Source: Candidatus Daviesbacteria bacterium
GTDB lineage: Bacteria > Patescibacteriota > Microgenomatia > Daviesbacterales > UBA10151
Direction: 5' to 3'
Assembly (NCBI GenBank): GCA_030699125.1
Contig: JAUYKM010000014.1
Coordinates: 1 to 55,736 of the forward strand
Length of the DNA: 55,736 bases
The notes under the pieces: model-generated
Database searches by the model: none
What the model was told of the DNA's origin: nothing
Seen by the model: the letters and a program-made list of their open reading frames with translations, nothing else
In this document: piece by piece, positions 38,745 through 48,185 of the stretch
Numbering within the stretch: position 1 is the stretch's first letter
How the letters are laid out: each line of letters begins with the position of its first letter
Translations under genes and position numbers: made by a program

Positions 38745-40008
38745 GCAAATACTTCTTTTCTTAACTCTGCTCTTTCTCCCAACCCAGTTAGGCAAGCATT
38801 TTTGGCCTGAATTTAGTTTTATCTATTCCCTGCCGATTGATTATTTATCCCCCACCCTTTATTTTTGGGATCTGTTGGTGGTGGGGTTATTAATAATTTG
38901 GATATTAAGAAGGCCTAAAATAAATCGACTGGCACTTAACTTATTACTGATATTTTTGCTAACACAAACTGTTTCTTTGGTGGGGGCAGAAAATTTTGGT
39001 GCAGGATTGGTACGACTTGAGCAGTATATTCTGGTAGGAGGATTAGGGGTGTATATAGCAAGTGCAAAGTGGGAAGCATTGAGTGCAAAGTTGTATCTAC
39101 CTCTCAGCCTGGCTATCCTGGGAGAATCAGGTTTGGCTATAGCCCAATTTTTAAAAGGAGGGACAATAGGCCTTTGGATTTTGGGTGAGCGAACTTTTTC
39201 CATCTCCACTCCGGCTATTGCCAAATTTGACTTTCAAGGCATCCAGTTCTTAAGGCCGTATGGTACCTTTCCTCATCCCAATGTTCTGGCAGCTTTTATG
39301 GTAATTGTTATACTCTTACTGTTATTCCGGCGAAGGCTCGCTTCGCGAAGCGGGCAGGAATCCAATAATAAACTATTTTATGGATCCCTGATCAGGTCAG
39401 GGATGACCGGGGTAGTAATGTTTTTAGCAGGATTAACTACCCTGGTCACTTTTTCCAGAACTGTTATGTTAGCTGGAGTAGTAGCTGCTTTTATTTTACT
39501 TAATAGCAAGGGTAGATTCTTACTACTTCTGGGTATCGTCCTACTCCTACCAATTTTATATGCTAGATTCTCCTCCCTTTTAAACTTTGATAATTTAACA
39601 TTACTCAGAAGAGAGGAATTATCTTTAACAGCTTTTTCTATCTGGCAGTCCTCCCCTATTTTTGGGGTGGGTTTAAATAATTTCATTCCAGCTGCCTCAA
39701 ATGAGTTGCTTTCCGGCCCCAGCAGGTTTTTGCAGCCGGTGCACAATATTTTTCTACTCTCTTTAGCAGAAACAGGCGTGTTAGGCTTTTTAGGGCTGCT
39801 AGGATTATTAGGGTATCCTATTATTATGCTTTTTAAACTACGAACTATTTTGCTTATTTGGGGAGTAATAATTTTCTTGGGGTTATTTGACCATTACTTT
39901 CTAACTTTACCTCAAGGGTATAGACTGCTTTTTCTAATATGGGGTTTATCTTTATCTCGTTCCGTGAAGCAAGCCATGTTAGAATTAAAAAATGCAAGTC
40001 CTTCTTAA
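38716..40008 (+). CDS. O-antigen ligase family membrane protein
   Basis: RPYGTFPHPN, TFSR, GVGLNNF, PVHNIFLL. Confidence 0.85.
   Translation: MKMLKLQKLEQILLFLTLLFLPTQLGKHFWPEFSFIYSLPIDYLSPTLYFWDLLVVGLLIIWILRRPKINRLALNLLLIFLLTQTVSLVGAENFGAGLVRLEQYILVGGLGVYIASAKWEALSAKLYLPLSLAILGESGLAIAQFLKGGTIGLWILGERTFSISTPAIAKFDFQGIQFLRPYGTFPHPNVLAAFMVIVILLLLFRRRLASRSGQESNNKLFYGSLIRSGMTGVVMFLAGLTTLVTFSRTVMLAGVVAAFILLNSKGRFLLLLGIVLLLPILYARFSSLLNFDNLTLLRREELSLTAFSIWQSSPIFGVGLNNFIPAASNELLSGPSRFLQPVHNIFLLSLAETGVLGFLGLLGLLGYPIIMLFKLRTILLIWGVIIFLGLFDHYFLTLPQGYRLLFLIWGLSLSRSVKQAMLELKNASPS
39321..39407. repeat. Composite family A element in frame within the ligase gene
   Basis: GTTATTCCGGCGAAGGC[TCGCTTCGCGAAGCGGGC]AGGAATCCA ... 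TGGATCCCTGATCAGGTCAGGGATGAC. Confidence 0.75.
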
Positions 40009-41197
40009 GATCTCCCAGCAGACTTTTTGGCAGATTTTAGGTAAAGTCGTAACTGCAGGTTCGACTTTTGTTATTCTGGGGCTGGTGGCCCGCAGTTATG
40101 GAGAGGAAGGAACCGGGGTTTTTACACTGGCTCTTACATATCTGGCCATATTTTATCTTTTGTCGGATTTTGGCTTTAATGCGCATGTCTTAAAAAGAGT
40201 TAGTAGTTCAGAGTTGGTAGTTGGTAGTGAATGGAATAAATTATTAGGGACAAGGATAGTATGGTCGGTAGTGTTGGTACTTTTGGCTGTTGGTACACTA
40301 CCCTTATGGCCGTTTGCCACAGGGGAATTTTTCCAGGCTGTTATATTTGGCAGTTTGGCCATCATTGGATCTGGGATATTTGTTACCTGTAATTTAATTT
40401 TCCAAAGTAAACTGAGGTATGACCTGTCGGTTTTAGCATCAAGCGCAGGAACACTGATCAGCTTGGCAGTGTTTATCTATCTAATCAGCTCGGGATACCC
40501 TGTTCCACTAATGCTTTTAGCTCATTTGGCAGGTTGGATCATCATAGCTTTGATGTCACTCATTTTGGTGAGTCGGATCTTCCCTTTAGTATCCCCCGTC
40601 TTTGACAGCAGTTATGCCGCTAACCTGTTTAGACAATCCTGGCCGATTGCCGCCACCCTGGCTTTAAATGTGGTTTATTTTAGAGCAGACTCATTTATGA
40701 TTGCCTATTTTAGGTCTAACACTGAAGTGGGTGTTTATAACGTGGCATACTCTGTTTTTCAAACAACTCTAGTTTTGCCTACCTTTATTATGAATGCTTA
40801 TTACCCGATGATGTTAAAATCCTTTAAAGGCATCAAAGTAGTGGTGCTGGGACTTTTGGTGGTAGCCTCTTTTGGGACTATGTTGACGCTAACTTTAGCG
40901 CCGCTAATCATCCAGATTTTGACAGGAGGAGGGTTTGTGGGGGCAACTTCCAGTCTGCAGATCCTCTCACTGGGCTTCCCGGCGTATTTTCTGTCAGCAC
41001 TACTAATGTGGGTAATGGTTGCTCAAGGTAGATATAGAACAATGCTGATAATTTATGCCATAGGTCTGGCTGTCAATTTAGTGCTGAATTTTATCTATAT
41101 ACCGCAGTACTCATTTGTAGCTGCCTCATATATTACGGTAATTTCTGAGTACTTGATTCTTATAATGCAGGGGATGGTATTATGGCGAAGAATATGA
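39992..41197 (+). CDS. Oligosaccharide flippase (Wzx/MOP family)
   Basis: Highly hydrophobic multi-TM protein, DFG, YFRAD, VGVYNVAY. Confidence 0.85.
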   Translation: MQVLLKISQQTFWQILGKVVTAGSTFVILGLVARSYGEEGTGVFTLALTYLAIFYLLSDFGFNAHVLKRVSSSELVVGSEWNKLLGTRIVWSVVLVLLAVGTLPLWPFATGEFFQAVIFGSLAIIGSGIFVTCNLIFQSKLRYDLSVLASSAGTLISLAVFIYLISSGYPVPLMLLAHLAGWIIIALMSLILVSRIFPLVSPVFDSSYAANLFRQSWPIAATLALNVVYFRADSFMIAYFRSNTEVGVYNVAYSVFQTTLVLPTFIMNAYYPMMLKSFKGIKVVVLGLLVVASFGTMLTLTLAPLIIQILTGGGFVGATSSLQILSLGFPAYFLSALLMWVMVAQGRYRTMLIIYAIGLAVNLVLNFIYIPQYSFVAASYITVISEYLILIMQGMVLWRRI

Positions 41198-41604
41198 GAT
41201 TGACTATATTTACAGATGGGGCTTCCCGCGGGAATCCAGGCCCAGCCTCATATGGGTTTGTGATTTTAGATGAGGAAGGCAAGCTTATTTATAAAAAAGG
41301 CGAGTATATTGGTCACACAACCAACAATGTGGCTGAATATACGGCTGTTTGGGAAGCCTTAAAATATACCAAAAAACTAATGATTGGGAAAAAACACAGC
41401 GAGATAAAACTTTTTGCCGATTCCAAGCTGGTAGCTGAGCAGCTTTCGGGAAATTACAGGATAAAGGCGGAGCATCTTAAGCCGATTATTGAAAAGATAA
41501 AAATCTTGAGTATTGAGCTGGGAGGCGTCATTTATAGCCATGTCCCTCGTTCTCAAAACATCTTAGCTGATGGGATAGCAAATCATGCACTAGACTCCAG
41601 ATAG
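41194..41604 (+). CDS. rnhA: Ribonuclease HI family protein
   Basis: FTDGASRGNPG, TNNVAEY, DSKLV, HVPRSQNILAD. Confidence 0.92.
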   Translation: MRLTIFTDGASRGNPGPASYGFVILDEEGKLIYKKGEYIGHTTNNVAEYTAVWEALKYTKKLMIGKKHSEIKLFADSKLVAEQLSGNYRIKAEHLKPIIEKIKILSIELGGVIYSHVPRSQNILADGIANHALDSR

Positions 41605-41660
41605 TTATCCATTACGATACCTTTGATCTCTCTTGCAATTCTTTTTAGGAGTGATACGAT

Positions 41661-44558
41661 TTGCCCGTGGACGAAAAGCGCATAAATAGCATTCAAAAAG
41701 ATAGCATAAACCTTTCGCGAAATACTCCGCTGGCTTTGGTCGTGGGGGCAGCTTCTTTTTTAGGTGCTCATATTATCGATAAATTACTGGGGAAGGGGGT
41801 TCAGGTAATTGGGGTAGATGATCTATCAACAGGCAAAAAAGAAAACTTAGAAGAGGCTTCCAAAAATAAAAACTTTCATTTTTTGTCTGTTTCTGCGGAA
41901 GATTTGGACATTGAACTGCCCAGACTTGATTATATTTATTTGTGCTCAGATACAAAACTAAAAATGGATAAAATTTTAGATCTTTTTTTGCAGCATAAAT
42001 CCAGATGTTTGCTGCTTTCCTCAATAGATTTATATAAAAGGGATTTAGATTCTCATCTGGAGTATCTGAAAAAAATAGAATCTGAGCTGGCCAAGTTTGC
42101 CAAGGAGAATAATCTCAATGCCAGAATTCTTAGGCTAGGTGCGGTATACGGACCGCGGATGGTTTTTGATCAGGATGATCCTTTGATTAAACTGATACAA
42201 GAAAGTTTAAGAGGGGATTTGCAAAAAGACATCTCTTTGGAATTTTCTACCAGGGCTTTATATATAGATGATGCGGTTGAGTTGATTATTAAAAGTATGT
42301 ATTTGGGCTCCACAGCCCAAAAAATCTTTGATGGAGTACTGCCCTCTCCCATTAAAATTTCCGAAATTAAGCAAATTCTTTTGGACCCACTCTGGTATGA
42401 GGAAAGAAATTTCGAGTCCTCGGAGCTTCCTCCCTGGTCTACTCCCAATCTGGAAAAAACTATCAAAATCCTAAATTGGCGCCCGAAAACAAAATTGATT
42501 AAATCACTCAGGGAAACAATTAGCTATTTTAAGGATCGAGAAATTTATATCCCGAAATTAGGGAGAGGAGGGAAAATAGAGGAAGCCAAGGATAAAGTAG
42601 GTGAAGAGAAAGTTTTTTGGCAGGAGAAGAGGGAGGAGGAAAAATTTTATGTCGCAGAGGAGGAACCAATCAGGCAGTCAAAAAAACTGCCCCAAATTAA
42701 AAATAGGCTTTCTAAATTTCTATCTTTAGCTTATTTTTTATCAGTATCAACCTTAATTTTTTATGCTTTAGTTTGGCCGCTATTAACATTAGGCTGGGGA
42801 GTATTTACTTTTAGACAGCAGCTCACTGAGGCTGAGAAAAATTTGCAAAGCGGAGATTTTGAAAAGAGTTTTTCTAATATAAAACAAGCCAGATGGGGGA
42901 TTGACAAATCTCAGGAAGTTTTAAGATCGTTTGAGGTTTTAAAAGAATTAAGTTTTTTTGAGGGTTATTTTCAATCAGCTGATAATTTAATTAATCTTGC
43001 TCAGTATTCAGCGGATGGTGCCAAGGATACTATTTTGGGGGTACAGTTTCTATACCAGGGATTAAATGCCTTAACCGGAGAAATAAACGATCCCCCGGTT
43101 ACTTATTTTGCCAACGCCCAAGTTGAGCTCGCCTCAGCTGATGAGAATTTCTCCCGGGCTTTTGCCTTATCCCAAAGGGAAGGTTTTAGAGAAAGTGTGC
43201 CAATTTTATTTGATGATCGGGTAGATAAATTACTGGATAAATTGGAAACTTATAAAAATTTAGTAGAAAAGGGTAGGGCGGTGGCTATTTTACTGCCGGA
43301 GGTAGTGGGTACTGAGGAACAAAAAGACTATCTGATTCTTTTTCAAAACAATCATGAGTTGCGTCCCACAGGAGGATTTATTGGTTCTTTTGCCAAAATC
43401 TCTTTTGAAGGAGGTAAGCTAAAAAACTTAGCTGTGAATGATATCTATGCCATAGATGGTCAGCTAGGTATCAATGTGGAGCCGCCTAAAGAAATCCGGG
43501 AGGATTTAGGTCAAAATAAATGGTTTTTAAGGGATTCGAACTGGGAAGCGGATTTTCCCACCTCAGCCAGACAAGCTGAATGGTTTTTTAATCAGGAAAC
43601 AGGGGAAAGGGTGGAAGGGGTGGTGGCTTTAGATATATCTGCTATGGAAAAGCTTTTGGAGGTGATTGGCTCTTTGGAACTGAGTGACTATAACGAAACA
43701 ATCACCGCTGATAATCTATTCGAGCGAGCCATCACCCATGCCGAAGAGTCCTTTTTTGCCGGCTCGCAGGCTAAAAAGAGCTTTTTAACCTCCTTGACCA
43801 ATCAACTTTTAACCAAGATATTTTTCTTGCCCAATCAGAATTGGCCAGGCATTGTCTCAGCCTTGGGTAATTCTTTAGAAACTAAACATATGAGTATTTA
43901 TTTGAATAATCAAAAACTTTTTTCCTATGTAGTTTCCCAAAACTGGGCTTCAGTTTTACCCAGGGTAGCTGAAGAAATAGAGGGTGAAACAGTAGACATT
44001 TTAATTCCAGTAGAGGCCAATTTAGGAGCCAATAAAGTCAACTATTATCTGGAGCGAAATTACCAGCTGGAAACTGTAGTTGGCATTAACGGTACTATTT
44101 CTCATAGGTTGAGAATCAACTATATTAACAGAAGCCCCTCCGCAACCTGGCCGGCCGGAGTTTATAAAAACAGGATGAGGATTTATCTTCCCTTCGGCAC
44201 TACTTTAAGCCGGGTGCTGTGGGGAGAGTCTGATATTACAGGGGATGTTACTCCGTTTGTGGATTATGGCAGAAGCGGTTATTCTTTGCTTTTGGAGCTT
44301 CAACCCAGGGAGCAAAGAAATTTGATCCTGGATTATCAGATCCCCCAGAGTCTGGATTTTAAGGAAGACCAAGCCAAGTATAGGTTAAATATTATCAAGC
44401 AAGCGGGTACCTTGAATGATCCACTGGAGTGGAGATTAACCTATCCTATCAACTACCAAGTCACATCAGGCACTGAAGGCGAGAGAGGAACACAGGAGCT
44501 AACTATCTCCACTGATTTGTCCAAGGATCGCAGTTTTGAGGTCACATTTGCCAAATAA
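41661..44558 (+). CDS. NAD-dependent epimerase-like domain fused via a TM helix to a DUF4012-type extracellular domain
   Basis: LVVGAASFLG...GVDDLSTG; QNNHELRPTGGFIGS, LRDSNW, ANKVNYY. Confidence 0.78.
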   Translation: MPVDEKRINSIQKDSINLSRNTPLALVVGAASFLGAHIIDKLLGKGVQVIGVDDLSTGKKENLEEASKNKNFHFLSVSAEDLDIELPRLDYIYLCSDTKLKMDKILDLFLQHKSRCLLLSSIDLYKRDLDSHLEYLKKIESELAKFAKENNLNARILRLGAVYGPRMVFDQDDPLIKLIQESLRGDLQKDISLEFSTRALYIDDAVELIIKSMYLGSTAQKIFDGVLPSPIKISEIKQILLDPLWYEERNFESSELPPWSTPNLEKTIKILNWRPKTKLIKSLRETISYFKDREIYIPKLGRGGKIEEAKDKVGEEKVFWQEKREEEKFYVAEEEPIRQSKKLPQIKNRLSKFLSLAYFLSVSTLIFYALVWPLLTLGWGVFTFRQQLTEAEKNLQSGDFEKSFSNIKQARWGIDKSQEVLRSFEVLKELSFFEGYFQSADNLINLAQYSADGAKDTILGVQFLYQGLNALTGEINDPPVTYFANAQVELASADENFSRAFALSQREGFRESVPILFDDRVDKLLDKLETYKNLVEKGRAVAILLPEVVGTEEQKDYLILFQNNHELRPTGGFIGSFAKISFEGGKLKNLAVNDIYAIDGQLGINVEPPKEIREDLGQNKWFLRDSNWEADFPTSARQAEWFFNQETGERVEGVVALDISAMEKLLEVIGSLELSDYNETITADNLFERAITHAEESFFAGSQAKKSFLTSLTNQLLTKIFFLPNQNWPGIVSALGNSLETKHMSIYLNNQKLFSYVVSQNWASVLPRVAEEIEGETVDILIPVEANLGANKVNYYLERNYQLETVVGINGTISHRLRINYINRSPSATWPAGVYKNRMRIYLPFGTTLSRVLWGESDITGDVTPFVDYGRSGYSLLLELQPREQRNLILDYQIPQSLDFKEDQAKYRLNIIKQAGTLNDPLEWRLTYPINYQVTSGTEGERGTQELTISTDLSKDRSFEVTFAK

Positions 44559-44638
44559 TTGCCAAAATTAGCCTCAAACGCACGTGCTTGAGTCTAGGGG
44601 CTTTTTTTGGCGCCATATTTATGGTATCTTATCATGTT

Positions 44639-45403
44639 ATGGATAGACTAAGTTTGCATGCTGAGGAAAGACAAATTGTTGGCAAAAAGGTCAAGAGATT
44701 ACGAAGAGACGGTAAATTGCCGGGACACGTTTTTGGCAAAGGTCTCGATAGTGAGATTGTGGTAGTTGATCAAAAAGAATTTTTAAAAACCTTCACAACT
44801 GCGGGTGAAACCGGGTTAATTGATTTAAAAATTGGAGCAGAAAAGATGAGACCGGTTCTAATCAGAGATGTGCAGTATGATCCGGTTACATCAGCGCCCA
44901 TACATATTGATTTTTATCAAGTTAATTTATCAGAAAAAGTGAAGGTATCTGTACCATTGGTATTGGTGGGTGAGCAGCCGGAGTCAGTGCATTTAGGTGA
45001 AGCAATTGTTCTGCAAACCTTAAATGAAGTGGAAGTGGAGGCTCTTCCTACTGATTTGGTGGAAGCAATTGAGGTGGATCAAAGTAGATTAAAAAATATT
45101 GATGATGCTATCAGTGTAGCTCAACTTGATTATGACCGGGAAAAATTAACTATCCAAGCTGACTCTGAAGAGATCGTGGTAAAACTGGCTCCAGCTGTGA
45201 CTGCTGAAATGGAGAAGTTAATGGAAGAGCAGGCTGCTGAAACTGCGGCAGCTGCTGTTGAGACTGCAGAAGGTGCAGTACCTGCTGAAGGTGAAGTTCC
45301 AGCTGAAGGAGAGCTTGTAGAGGGAGCTACCCTTGCTGAAGGTGAAGAAAAGCCTACTGAAGCTGGAGAAAAAGCTACCCCAGAAGAAAAGCCACAAAAG
45401 TAA
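44639..45403 (+). CDS. rplY: 50S ribosomal protein L25/Ctc
   Basis: GKKVKRLRRDGKLPGHVFG, HIDFYQV, acidic tail. Confidence 0.95.
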   Translation: MDRLSLHAEERQIVGKKVKRLRRDGKLPGHVFGKGLDSEIVVVDQKEFLKTFTTAGETGLIDLKIGAEKMRPVLIRDVQYDPVTSAPIHIDFYQVNLSEKVKVSVPLVLVGEQPESVHLGEAIVLQTLNEVEVEALPTDLVEAIEVDQSRLKNIDDAISVAQLDYDREKLTIQADSEEIVVKLAPAVTAEMEKLMEEQAAETAAAAVETAEGAVPAEGEVPAEGELVEGATLAEGEEKPTEAGEKATPEEKPQK

Positions 45404-45481
45404 TTTAAAATAAGCGGTGATTGTGCGTTAATTTTGCGGGAAACAATTAGTATTTTATTTTTGTATTTTCCATACTACCTA

Positions 45482-47689
45482 CTACTTGCTACTATCTACA
45501 ATTGTAGGCCAGTTTGTGATCATGACAGAGTTTTCTTTGTGAGGCAGTTTTTGCCAGAGTTCTTCTGTAATATATGGCATAAATGGGTGTAGGAGCTCTA
45601 AAGAAGTTTTCAAGACATATTCCAAAACCGGTTGAGCCTCAGCCCGCCTGTCTTTAGTGGATTCAATATATTTATCTGCAAACTCATGCCAGATAAATTC
45701 ATATAAAGCATCTGAGGCGTCATGAAATCTATAAGTATCCAAAGCTTTAGTGACTTTTTCTGCGGTTTTTGATAACTGTTCCAAAATTTGTTTATCCTGT
45801 GGATTGTCATCCCCGCGTAGGCGGGGATCCAATTCCGAACTGAACTTTTTTAATTGGATTCCTGCATTTGCAGGAATGACAGAAGGATCTAAATGTTTGG
45901 CATCCTCAGGTGCAAAATCGATGATAAATCTGCCAATATTCCAAAGTTTATTGGTAAAATTGCGCATGGCTTGCAGTTTGGGATGAGATATCGATTGATC
46001 ATGCCCGAAAGCTGTGCCATAAATTAGCGCCATACGGATGGCATCTGCCCCGTAAAGGTCAGCAACCTCAATTGGGTTAACCACGTTACCTTTGGATTTG
46101 CTCATTTTCTGGCCGAGAGGATCTAATACTTTCCCATGCAGGAGGATATCTTTAAAAGGCACTTTATTTGTTGCATAAATTCCCAACATTACCATCCTGG
46201 CTACCCAAAAAAGCAGGATATCATACATGGTTTCCATCACAGAGGTGGGATAAAATTTTTCAAAATCTCCTCCGCCAGCTGGCGCTAAGTCAGACTTGGC
46301 TGGCGGACGGGTGGATTGTAAGGTGGCATATGGCCACTGGCCGGAGGAAAACCAGGTATCAAATACATCACTGTCGCGCTCCAGATTGGCATTTTTGCAA
46401 TTGGGGCATACATCAGGTGTTTCACCCTCGGTAACAGTCCATTTTTTACACCCATCACAAAACCAGGCCGGGATTTGCATACCCCAGACAATTTGACGGG
46501 AGATATTCCAATCCCTGATATTTTTCAGCCAGTTAAAATAAGTTGTTTCCCAATTTTTGGGATAGATTTTAATATCGCCATTCTTGATTGCCTCAATTGC
46601 TTTTTTGGCCAAACCCTCTACTTTTATAAACCATTGCTCCAGAGGTAGAGGTTCTATCTCGGTGCCGCATTTATAGCAAGTTGCTACCCTGTTTTGATAC
46701 TCATAATCAATTTTTTCAATCAAACCTTTTTGCTCCATCTCGGAAGCTATAGTTTGCCTGGCTTCTTTTACTCTCATGCCAGAAAATTTACCTGCTTTTT
46801 CATTCAACCGGCCGTCATAGCCAATCACTTGGCGTATTTCCAAGTTATGTCTCTCTCCGATTTCAAAATCTATTGGAGCATGTGCAGGGGTAACTTTGAT
46901 TACACCTGTGCCAAACTCCGGATCTACTGCCTTATCTGCTATGACCTTAATTTTGGCTTTACCCAAAACAGTTTCAATCTCAATTTCTTTACCGATATAT
47001 TTCTGATAGCGTTTATCATCTGGATGAACTGCCACTGCTGTATCGCCAAATTTAGTTTCCAAACGAACTGTTGCCAGGGTCAGCGGGCCGTATTTGATGT
47101 AGTAAAGAGGGGTTTTTCTGTCCTCATAAATTACTTCCAGATCAGAAAAAGAAGTGCCATGTTTAGTACAATAATTAACTATTCTATTTCCTCTATAAAT
47201 TAAGCCCTCATCAAACATTTTCTTGAAAGTTTTATAAACAACTTTGACAATGTCCGGATCAAGGGTGAATTTATATCTGGACCAGTCCAGAGAAAAACCC
47301 AGTCTTTTAAGCTGTCCTTCCATGACCCCTTTATTATCTTGTACAAAGTCCCAAATCATTTGATAGAGAGTTTGTCTGTCATAATCAAAACGGGATTTGC
47401 CCTGAGACTCTAGGTGTTTTTCAAAAACTACCTGGGTTTCAAAGCCGGCATGATCTGCGCCGGGCAGCCAAAGAGTGCTGTCTCCTTTCATGCGGTGGTA
47501 TCTGATTAAAATATCTTCCACCGCATACATGGCATGACCAAAATGCAAGGGGGCGTTAGCATTAGGAGGAGGTAAAATTATGGTATATGGTTTACCATCA
47601 GGATTTATTTCAGGCTTAAAATAACCTGCCTCTTCCCAGATTTTATACCATTTAGGCTCAACTTTGGTCTGGTCATAAATTTTGTCCAT
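45482..47689 (-). CDS. valS: Valine-tRNA ligase (lacks C-terminal coiled coil)
   Basis: PPPN...HFGH, DHAG, DWNISRQ, DTWFSS, KMSKS. Confidence 0.96.
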   Translation of the reverse strand: MDKIYDQTKVEPKWYKIWEEAGYFKPEINPDGKPYTIILPPPNANAPLHFGHAMYAVEDILIRYHRMKGDSTLWLPGADHAGFETQVVFEKHLESQGKSRFDYDRQTLYQMIWDFVQDNKGVMEGQLKRLGFSLDWSRYKFTLDPDIVKVVYKTFKKMFDEGLIYRGNRIVNYCTKHGTSFSDLEVIYEDRKTPLYYIKYGPLTLATVRLETKFGDTAVAVHPDDKRYQKYIGKEIEIETVLGKAKIKVIADKAVDPEFGTGVIKVTPAHAPIDFEIGERHNLEIRQVIGYDGRLNEKAGKFSGMRVKEARQTIASEMEQKGLIEKIDYEYQNRVATCYKCGTEIEPLPLEQWFIKVEGLAKKAIEAIKNGDIKIYPKNWETTYFNWLKNIRDWNISRQIVWGMQIPAWFCDGCKKWTVTEGETPDVCPNCKNANLERDSDVFDTWFSSGQWPYATLQSTRPPAKSDLAPAGGGDFEKFYPTSVMETMYDILLFWVARMVMLGIYATNKVPFKDILLHGKVLDPLGQKMSKSKGNVVNPIEVADLYGADAIRMALIYGTAFGHDQSISHPKLQAMRNFTNKLWNIGRFIIDFAPEDAKHLDPSVIPANAGIQLKKFSSELDPRLRGDDNPQDKQILEQLSKTAEKVTKALDTYRFHDASDALYEFIWHEFADKYIESTKDRRAEAQPVLEYVLKTSLELLHPFMPYITEELWQKLPHKENSVMITNWPTIVDSSK
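45806..45880. repeat. 75-bp family A element in frame within valS
   Basis: Paired hairpins encoding VIPANAGIQLKKFSSELDPRLRGDD. Confidence 0.85.
46271..46307. repeat. Family B palindrome in frame within valS
   Basis: Reverse complement nearly identical to the rnpA copy; encodes PPAKSDLAPAGG. Confidence 0.85.
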
Positions 47690-47720
47690 GGAGTAAGTAT
47701 ATTGTAAGTTCGATTTGAGG

Positions 47721-48128
47721 TCAACGATAATTAGTTTGTGGGATTGGTTTAAAAAGAATTCTACTGTGTTCCCCTTCTGCTAATGGAGTATTCCAAGTTG
47801 CAAATTGTAAATCCTCATTTAAATCCTCATAAGTAATTGTCATAGTATTTCTTTTATGATTTAGAAAAACAACCTTTAGACGATAAACCCCTTCAGAGGT
47901 ATATTTAGTGTTCGGTTTTTTATTGGCATATATGAAATGATCTCCCCATGAAGCTTTAACATCAATTTTATCTAAACCTACAATTTGTTCTCCATCTGTA
48001 TCCAAATAAAAATTATGAACAACTTTTATGCTATCGGATCCTTCGCTTTCTGGTTTATCCCAAAGTTCAGGATTGATTTGCCTTGCTATCTCAGATAAAT
48101 TCTCTATTCCCATAAAAAAAAGCCCCAT
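47721..48128 (-). CDS. Hypothetical protein
   Basis: 135-aa ORF filling the tsaD-valS gap on the same strand. Confidence 0.6.
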   Translation of the reverse strand: MGLFFMGIENLSEIARQINPELWDKPESEGSDSIKVVHNFYLDTDGEQIVGLDKIDVKASWGDHFIYANKKPNTKYTSEGVYRLKVVFLNHKRNTMTITYEDLNEDLQFATWNTPLAEGEHSRILFKPIPQTNYR

Positions 48129-48185
48129 TCAGGCTAGTTTGGTATTTTATAGTAATTTTTTAAAAAGTCAATCCCTATTTAATTA

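Noticed and set aside
45230-45400. GCTGAAGG-type repeats at the end of rplY
   Set aside because: Ordinary Ala/Glu-rich tail of L25/Ctc.
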